From positions 2,312 through 66,311 of the forward strand of contig SCUU01000042.1 in assembly GCA_004297065.1 (NCBI GenBank): a stretch of 64,000 nt of DNA, read 5' to 3'. Below are positions 57,824 to 64,000 of this stretch, one piece after another. The position numbers and the translations under genes were made by a program. The stretch is from Gallionellaceae bacterium (GTDB lineage: Bacteria; Pseudomonadota; Gammaproteobacteria; Burkholderiales; Gallionellaceae). The notes beneath the pieces are model-generated. The model searched no databases. It had not been told where the DNA came from and was given only the letters and a program-made list of their open reading frames with translations. Each line of letters starts with the position of its first letter. The first letter of the stretch is position 1.

Positions 57824-59374
57824 TTAGCCGTTGTAAGCGCGCTCGCCGTGGGACGTTGTATCCAGACCTTCGCGCTCGTCTTCTTCTTTCACGCGCAGGC
57901 CGATAGTCATATCAACGATCTTGTAGCAGACGAAGGCCGCCACACCGGACCAGATGAGCGTGGTCAGCACAGCTTGCGCTTGAATCCACACTTGGCCACC
58001 GATAGTGGTGTCAACGATGGTGTTGTTGACATAGTCGACGATGCCGGTGCCGCCCATGCTCCAGGTGTTGAACACGCCGGTGAGCAACGCGCCCAAGATA
58101 CCGCCCACGCCGTGGATGCCGAACACGTCCAGCGCATCATCCGCGCCCAACAGTTTCTTCAAGCCGGTCACGCCCCAGAAGCAAACCACGCCAGCCAGCG
58201 CACCGATGGCCAGGCCGCCGCCGATACCGACCCAACCGCACGCCGGAGTGATGGCGACCAGACCAGCCACTGCACCCGATGCTGCACCCAACAGGCTGGG
58301 CTTGCCCTTCAACAGCCACTCGGCAGCCAACCAGGTCAACACCGCAGCAGCAGTAGCGATCAGGGTATTAGCGAATGCCAGGGTAGCTGTACCGCCCGCT
58401 TCCAGCGCGGAACCCGCGTTGAAACCGAACCAACCCACCCACAACAGCGAAGCGCCGATCATGGTCATCACCAGATTGTGCGGAGCCATCGGCTCTTTGC
58501 CGTAACCGACGCGCTTGCCTACCAGGAACGCCCCTACCAGACCGGCGATAGCCGCATTGATATGCACCACGGTACCGCCCGCGAAGTCCAGCGCGCCTTT
58601 TTGGAACAACCAGCCCGCTGTCGCATTGGCCGCATCAGCCGCAGCTTGAGTAGTGTAGGCATCAGGACCTTGCCAGAACCACACCATGTGCGCGATTGGC
58701 ACGTAAGCAAAAGTGAACCACAGTGCGGAGAACAACAGCACCGCAGCAAACTTCATACGCTCGGCGAATGCGCCGACGATCAGCGCTACCGTAATCGCAG
58801 CGAAGGTCGCTTGGAACGCCATGAACGCGAACTCGGGGATATACACGCCTTTACTGAAAGTCGCCGCATTGGCAACTGCGCCCGTCACCGGATCAAAGAT
58901 GCCTTTCAGGAACAAGCGATCGAATCCGCCGAAAAACGCATTGCCGGTAGTGAACGCCAGCGAGTAACCGTAGATCGCCCACAGCACAACGATCAGCGCG
59001 AAGATGCTGAATACTTGCATGAGTATCGACAGCATGTTCTTACTGCGCACCAGACCGCCGTAGAACAGGGCCAGACCGGGGATCGACATCATGATCACCA
59101 GCACGGTAGCAATCAGCATGAAGCTGGTGTCGCCCTTGTTGGGAACCGGGGCAGGGGCTGCTGCGGGAACGGCGGCAGGCGCAGCGGCTGCGGCGGGAGC
59201 CGTAGCAACAGCGGCGGCGGATGCGGCGACAGCTTCGTCCGCAAACACAGGGGCCGCCAGGCTACACAGAGTGACCAGCAGCATGAATGAAGCGATAAAT
59301 TTTTTAGTTGCGGCATAACCCCAACTGACGCTGGCGTTAGCCTTTTCTGAAACTACACTGTGTTTCGTTTTCAT
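57824..59374 (-). CDS. amtB: ammonium transporter AmtB with N-terminal signal and Ala/Pro-rich extension
   Basis: 516 aa Amt/MEP core (FMLIATVLVIMMSIPGLALFYGGLVRSKN...). About 80 aa precede it, including AAPAAAAAPAAVPAAAPAPVP. Confidence 0.95.
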   Translation of the reverse strand: MKTKHSVVSEKANASVSWGYAATKKFIASFMLLVTLCSLAAPVFADEAVAASAAAVATAPAAAAAPAAVPAAAPAPVPNKGDTSFMLIATVLVIMMSIPGLALFYGGLVRSKNMLSILMQVFSIFALIVVLWAIYGYSLAFTTGNAFFGGFDRLFLKGIFDPVTGAVANAATFSKGVYIPEFAFMAFQATFAAITVALIVGAFAERMKFAAVLLFSALWFTFAYVPIAHMVWFWQGPDAYTTQAAADAANATAGWLFQKGALDFAGGTVVHINAAIAGLVGAFLVGKRVGYGKEPMAPHNLVMTMIGASLLWVGWFGFNAGSALEAGGTATLAFANTLIATAAAVLTWLAAEWLLKGKPSLLGAASGAVAGLVAITPACGWVGIGGGLAIGALAGVVCFWGVTGLKKLLGADDALDVFGIHGVGGILGALLTGVFNTWSMGGTGIVDYVNNTIVDTTIGGQVWIQAQAVLTTLIWSGVAAFVCYKIVDMTIGLRVKEEDEREGLDTTSHGERAYNG

Positions 59375-59385
59375 CTCAACTCTCC

Positions 59386-59769
<384 letters not shown>

Positions 59770-60591
59770 TTAGAACGAATGAGTAACCGACAAAGCAGCT
59801 ACGCTCTTGCCCCATTTATCGCCTTTGGCATATGTCCAGGCGCTGCTGGCGTTGGTGCTGGTGTAATTCAACCCGACCACATAGCCGCTGAAATCCTTGG
59901 AGGCGCTCAGCTTGTAATCGGTATAAGTCAGCGTAGTGCCCGCGGCGGCAAACGTATCTGCCGTTGTCCCTACAAAAGTTTGCTTGCCGATATGCGCACC
60001 GATTGTTACGCCGCTATCGGCAACCGGATAGCTGGCACTCAGGTCGATGTAATTCGTGCCCTTCGCGCCGGGGATGGTCAGGAAGCCATCCAGCAAACCG
60101 TAGGAATATTTCAGCGTTGCAAATTTGTAAATCGCTGCACCATACACTTCGGCAGTATCCGCATTATTAAACCCGGCGGCAGGGGTGTAGGTACCCAAGT
60201 AGTTGTAACGCACATAACCGACGTCGTAACTCAAATCTTCGGCGATGGAATTTTTGAAGCCAAAGTAAGTATCCAGCTCGATGTTGGTATTGCCAGTGGC
60301 GATGGCGCCGCTGTCTTTGATCCAACTCACATTGGAACCCCATGCGCCGGCATACAGGCCGCTGGCATGCGCATAATCAACCCCGCCTTGTACTGCCGCA
60401 CCATGGGCGGTTTGCGTGATGCCACGGTAGATGTAGTCCGTCACCAGCCCTACGTTGAAAGTAAAAGGAGAGGCGGCCTCAGCAGCAGCATGAAACTCTT
60501 CTTTGTGGCTCGTCACTGGGGCATCTTCCGCCATTGCCGGAAGTGCAAAAGCCGCGCCCAATGCAATAACGAGTAACTTAGTCTTAAACAT
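59770..60591 (-). CDS. TorF-family (TIGR02001-like) putative outer-membrane porin
   Basis: Signal peptide MFKTKLLVIALGAAFALPAMA, a DYIYRGITQT motif and a C-terminal ...LSVTHSF. It lies upstream of glnK-amtB. Confidence 0.8.
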   Translation of the reverse strand: MFKTKLLVIALGAAFALPAMAEDAPVTSHKEEFHAAAEAASPFTFNVGLVTDYIYRGITQTAHGAAVQGGVDYAHASGLYAGAWGSNVSWIKDSGAIATGNTNIELDTYFGFKNSIAEDLSYDVGYVRYNYLGTYTPAAGFNNADTAEVYGAAIYKFATLKYSYGLLDGFLTIPGAKGTNYIDLSASYPVADSGVTIGAHIGKQTFVGTTADTFAAAGTTLTYTDYKLSASKDFSGYVVGLNYTSTNASSAWTYAKGDKWGKSVAALSVTHSF

Positions 60592-60652
60592 ACTGTTTCC
60601 TTTTCTATGAAGTTAAAAAATTCGGAATTTAAATCAACCACGCAAACGTTAC

Positions 60653-60668
60653 AGCAGATTCCGTGCCA
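60653..60668 (-). promoter_or_regulatory. sigma-54 (-24/-12) promoter
   Basis: The minus strand reads TGGCACGGAATCTGCT, with GG and GC at the canonical 10-nt separation. It lies ~62 nt upstream of the porin ATG. Confidence 0.65.
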
Positions 60669-60763
60669 AACGCCAGAGTGCGGCTATTGCAAAGGGGCTT
60701 GAAGCATTATGCAATAATTCGCTGCGGCAATCGCACCATCTCTAAGCACGGCTGCCGCACTGT

Positions 60764-60778
60764 GCACCCAAGCGGTGC
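60764..60778. promoter_or_regulatory. NtrC-type enhancer palindrome
   Basis: GCACC-CAAGC-GGTGC fits the TGCACCA-N3-TGGTGCA core. It lies ~100 nt upstream of the sigma-54 promoter. Confidence 0.5.
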
Positions 60779-60871
60779 GCGCCTGATATTTCCGGCCAAA
60801 GCAGATCAATTGTGCTATGGCGGCTTGGGCTTGAAGCATCTTCAGGTTATTGCGCCGCCCATATGTTCGGG

Positions 60872-61654
60872 CTAATCGTGCCAATGCGGAAATAGCCTGA
60901 GCGAGCGGAAGAATTCCATGTCGTGGTTAGGCCAAAGTTGGGCGTGTTCTTGCTGCCCCAGTTTTTTCAACTTACGTATACTTTCCAAGGCCAAATCTTC
61001 GCGATCCCGCCAGCATAAGCCGGGGGCGATTTCATGCTGTAAATTTTCGCTCAGGTCGGCCGCATCCCCGCACAGCACTACAGGAGCGCCTTTGGGGAGC
61101 TCAACCCATAATGACATGTGCCCCGCCGTATGCCCCGGGGTAGAGATCGCCCGCACACCGGGCACCAAGTCATATTCGCCCCGTTTGATCTGCCACGGGT
61201 AATCGCCTGCAAAATCGGAGGCAAAATAAGCCACATCCTCGCCCGTCTGCGCCGCCGCCAGTTCATCCTGTTGCACGTGCACCTCAGTGCCGCATACATC
61301 ACACAGGCCGCCCGCATGGTCGAAATGCAGATGGCTCAAGAACACCACATCCACATCGGCCGGCGTCAATCCAAGTTCGCTTAGATGATGGGGCAAGCGT
61401 TGCGGCTCCCGCATATCGGGTGCGCCAAAAGAAAAACTCTCCTGGTCGTAATAGTTGGCGCGCAAGAACGGATCGGCGATCTTGGCATAGTCGCAGCCGA
61501 CATCGAACAGGATGCGTCCGTTCGCAGTTTCGATCAGATAGGCCAGAATGGGTGCCTGAATGATTTTGCCTTTGCCGCGATTGCGTGTGGACAAGGATTT
61601 GTCGTAACGGTGGGTGGCCGTCAGTAACGGCCACAGGCGCAAGACTTGGCTCAT
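60872..61654 (-). CDS. MBL-fold hydrolase, N-acyl-homoserine-lactonase-like
   Basis: 260 aa with the HLHFDHAGG (HxHxDH) metal-binding motif and a downstream GHTAGH motif. Confidence 0.85.
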   Translation of the reverse strand: MSQVLRLWPLLTATHRYDKSLSTRNRGKGKIIQAPILAYLIETANGRILFDVGCDYAKIADPFLRANYYDQESFSFGAPDMREPQRLPHHLSELGLTPADVDVVFLSHLHFDHAGGLCDVCGTEVHVQQDELAAAQTGEDVAYFASDFAGDYPWQIKRGEYDLVPGVRAISTPGHTAGHMSLWVELPKGAPVVLCGDAADLSENLQHEIAPGLCWRDREDLALESIRKLKKLGQQEHAQLWPNHDMEFFRSLRLFPHWHD

Positions 61655-62289
61655 AACGATCCCTCCCCGCCGCCGATGACGGATCGCGTAGCGGCAACTC
61701 GACCGAAGATGCCGCCTTCAACGGCGACCATCTGCAAAGCCGCCTCATGCAGAGCCGGATGGGCGGAGCCGCATGCATCTGCCACCAGCACACACTCAAA
61801 TCCGCGGTCTGCCGCTTCGCGTAGCGTGGAATGCACGCAGACTTCGGTGGTGACACCACAAACGTACAGTCGGCGGATGCCTCGCGTTTCCAATATCTGC
61901 GCCATATCCGTTTGATGGAAAGCGCCATAGCCCGGTTTATCCACCACGGGCTCACCAGCCAACGGTTGCAGTTCGTCGATGATGTCATGCCCGTATTCAC
62001 CGCGCACCAGCAGCCGGCCGAGCGGCCCCTTGCTGCCGATCTCGGCTCCGGCCCGACGGCTCCGCGCCAGTTTTGCCGGCGGGCAATCGCTCAAATCGGG
62101 ACGATGACCTTCGCGCGTATGCACCACCAACATGCCACCGTTACGTGCCTGATCCAGCAACATGCGGATGCACGGAATCGGTCGGCGCAGGGCATCGATA
62201 TCCATGCCCGCCATGGCCGCATAGCCGCCGGGATCAAGAAAGTCCCGCTGCATGTCGATCACGATGAGTGCGCTAGACCGTCTGTTCAT
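61651..62289 (-). CDS. isochorismatase-family cysteine hydrolase
   Basis: 212 aa. ALIVIDMQRDF (catalytic Asp), DKPGYGAF (Lys) and VCGVTTEVCV (Cys). It overlaps the next gene by 4 nt. Confidence 0.88.
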   Translation of the reverse strand: MNRRSSALIVIDMQRDFLDPGGYAAMAGMDIDALRRPIPCIRMLLDQARNGGMLVVHTREGHRPDLSDCPPAKLARSRRAGAEIGSKGPLGRLLVRGEYGHDIIDELQPLAGEPVVDKPGYGAFHQTDMAQILETRGIRRLYVCGVTTEVCVHSTLREAADRGFECVLVADACGSAHPALHEAALQMVAVEGGIFGRVAATRSVIGGGEGSL

Positions 62290-63181
62290 GCGGCCTCGCG
62301 GAGATTTCCGTGCATGCCTCGATCACGGCAGCGGAAAGGATCAAAATACCGCCGAGCACTTCGCGCCAAGACAGGTGCTCGCCTCCGATCAACACCGCCG
62401 AGAACACCGCCACCACCAACTCCGACAGCAGCAGAATGCCCGCCTTACCCGCATCCAGCCGCGCGACGCCGTAGAACGTGGCGAGCGTACCCGGCAATAT
62501 CCATAACAAGCCGAACACCAGCATAGAGCTCGCCTGAGCCACATCGAGTGTCGGTATCGGTTTCGCGCCAAACGACAGGAATCCCAGGGCGATCAGCGCG
62601 CAGCCGCCGATCATCGCGGTCGAGCGTACCGAGTCCGCCAAACGATGGCCGACGCGCACCGCCACATTATTGAGCGCGAACGCCAGGCCCGATGACAGCG
62701 CCAGCAGATCGACCATCGACAGCGGCGTCGAAAATAGTTGCGGGCCGCCCAATGTCGCCGCCAGTCCAAGCAACGCCAGTAGCAGCGAAACAAGGCGCAT
62801 GCGGGTGAACGCCTCGCCCAGAAAGATGCGCGCGGCGAGGATAGTCCACACCGGTGCCAGGAAGAACAGCAACATCACGCGCACCACACTGCCCTCGGTA
62901 AGCGAGGTGACGAGCGAGGCGTTGGCCCAGCCGCCCATCAGGGTGATGATCGCCAACACGCCCAATTGCTCGCGCCATTCACGCATGCTGCGTAACGCGA
63001 ACGGCAGCAGGATCAAAGCAGCGAGACCGTAAGCGAACACCTGCACGATACTGCCGGAGACCCCGATCCCGCCCAGCGCCTTGAGCGGCCACCAGAGCAT
63101 GCCCCAAAACAACGCGCCCAGCAGCAGCGCAGAGATCGCCTTACCCCCGCGCAACCGGGGTGCAACAGCCGATGTCGCCAT
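62273..63181 (-). CDS. DMT-superfamily (EamA-type) transporter
   Basis: 302 aa with ~10 hydrophobic helices and two EamA-like halves. It overlaps the hydrolase gene by 17 nt. Confidence 0.85.
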   Translation of the reverse strand: MATSAVAPRLRGGKAISALLLGALFWGMLWWPLKALGGIGVSGSIVQVFAYGLAALILLPFALRSMREWREQLGVLAIITLMGGWANASLVTSLTEGSVVRVMLLFFLAPVWTILAARIFLGEAFTRMRLVSLLLALLGLAATLGGPQLFSTPLSMVDLLALSSGLAFALNNVAVRVGHRLADSVRSTAMIGGCALIALGFLSFGAKPIPTLDVAQASSMLVFGLLWILPGTLATFYGVARLDAGKAGILLLSELVVAVFSAVLIGGEHLSWREVLGGILILSAAVIEACTEISARPHEQTV

Positions 63182-63182
63182 G

Positions 63183-64000
63183 TCACACCGCCGTCAGGAA
63201 AGATACCGACACCGCGCCGATGAACCCATCCGCTTTACCGGCAGCGGTATCGACCACACCGTAATCATCGGACAACACGCGCTTCACTCGATGCCGGTGA
63301 AAGGGCGGCAGCAAGCGGGACATGGGAATGACCTGGCGGCTGTTGTCGCCATACAGCTTGCGATGCAGCGCGGGGAGGCGATACCAGGGCACCGCCAGTT
63401 GTTCATGGTGCGCATTGTGATAAGGAAAATTGAGGATCAGCAGATTCAACCAGGGCTGGCGCACGCTGACCAGATTGGAATAGGTGTTGGCCTGCTCGTA
63501 AGCCTTGTCGCGCGGCTTATCTTCCGGCACCTTGTCGCTTTCCAAAATGGCATAGGCATCGTAGGTGTGCTGGAAGGCATCGGCGAAACGCAGCACAGTG
63601 ACCATGATCAGGTAGGCGATGACATACAACAACAGAGCTTGTATCGAGCAATAAGCCAGCACGGTGAAAGCCGAAATGCGTACGAGCAGGATGAGCGCCA
63701 CACGCTTGCGATCCGCACGCCGTTCCCCGCGCAAGAAGGGCAAGGCGATGACAAAGGCATGCATCAACAATTCGATCGCCGGGATGTAACACCACTCCAG
63801 CAGCAGCGCGAAGCGCCGCAATAGGACTGGTGAAGATTGGATCAAGGCCTTGGTATCGAGACTGATGACATCGGCCCGATCCACATGATGGCGCACATGT
63901 TTGCGCCGCAGATGTCCGTATCGTGCATAGCAACTGCCGGTGAGCCAGGTCGCCAGTACTCCACCCCAATGATTGGCTTCGTGACGGGCGAAGACCGTAT
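63183..64000 (-). CDS. membrane fatty-acid-desaturase-family protein (N-terminus is outside the window)
   Basis: The reading frame stays open to the window edge. Histidine boxes HEANH, HVRHH and HNAHH are present. The stop TGA at 63183-85 is 1 nt before the EamA ATG. Confidence 0.85.
   Translation of the reverse strand, partial: TVFARHEANHWGGVLATWLTGSCYARYGHLRRKHVRHHVDRADVISLDTKALIQSSPVLLRRFALLLEWCYIPAIELLMHAFVIALPFLRGERRADRKRVALILLVRISAFTVLAYCSIQALLLYVIAYLIMVTVLRFADAFQHTYDAYAILESDKVPEDKPRDKAYEQANTYSNLVSVRQPWLNLLILNFPYHNAHHEQLAVPWYRLPALHRKLYGDNSRQVIPMSRLLPPFHRHRVKRVLSDDYGVVDTAAGKADGFIGAVSVSFLTAV

Noticed and set aside
60663-60884. Two overlapping ~66-70 aa ORFs (60663-60875 plus strand, 60684-60884 minus strand) in the spacer upstream of the porin gene.
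   Set aside because: They have no recognisable motifs and they overlap each other. They also overlap the predicted NtrC-type palindrome, and the plus-strand ORF reaches into the sigma-54 promoter. The composition is consistent with non-coding regulatory DNA.

Overview
This 64 kb window is an origin-proximal chromosomal segment. Gene content and order suggest a chemolithoautotrophic betaproteobacterium (Nitrosomonadales/Gallionellaceae-like), but that placement is inference and I cannot verify it. Most of the window is conserved housekeeping.

Left arm (all on the minus strand): ubiB (partial), an orphan ParA-like ATPase, glmS-glmU, the full atpIBEFHAGDC operon, parB-parA, rsmG, mnmG, mnmE, yidC, yidD, rnpA and rpmH.

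Right of the strand switch: dnaA-dnaN-gyrB on the plus strand. Two parS sites (one a perfect TGTTTCACGTGAAACA) and DnaA boxes flank this core. After that come topA, smg, dprA, a LysM protein, def-fmt-rsmB, DUF4390-ntrY and a short ntrX.

Calvin-cycle supercluster: tkt-gap-pgk-pyk-fba, cbbR divergent from form II RuBisCO cbbM, cbbQ-cbbO and fbp, followed by purE, purC and a beta-carbonic anhydrase.

Last ~11 kb (less ordinary):
- a Ser/Thr kinase fused to a cyclic-nucleotide-binding domain;
- a three-gene envelope cluster: an HTH-like protein, a secreted GIGGTG-repeat protein with a His/Asp/Arg-rich tail, and an outer-membrane barrel;
- a sigma-54/NtrC-type controlled porin-glnK-amtB unit with a long structured 3' UTR;
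- a tightly packed desaturase-EamA-cysteine hydrolase-lactonase operon.

I saw no rRNA, tRNA, CRISPR array, transposase, integrase or recognisable defence system. I see no clear-cut novel multi-gene system. The best candidates for follow-up:
- the GIGGTG-repeat envelope cluster;
- the kinase-CNB fusion next to the carbon-fixation genes;
- the amtB 3' UTR RNA;
- a MITE-like element between cbbM and cbbQ;
- a ~7 kb low-GC trough centred on dnaA-dnaN;
- the four-gene desaturase/lactonase operon.

All family names come from my own recognition of motifs and were not checked against any database.
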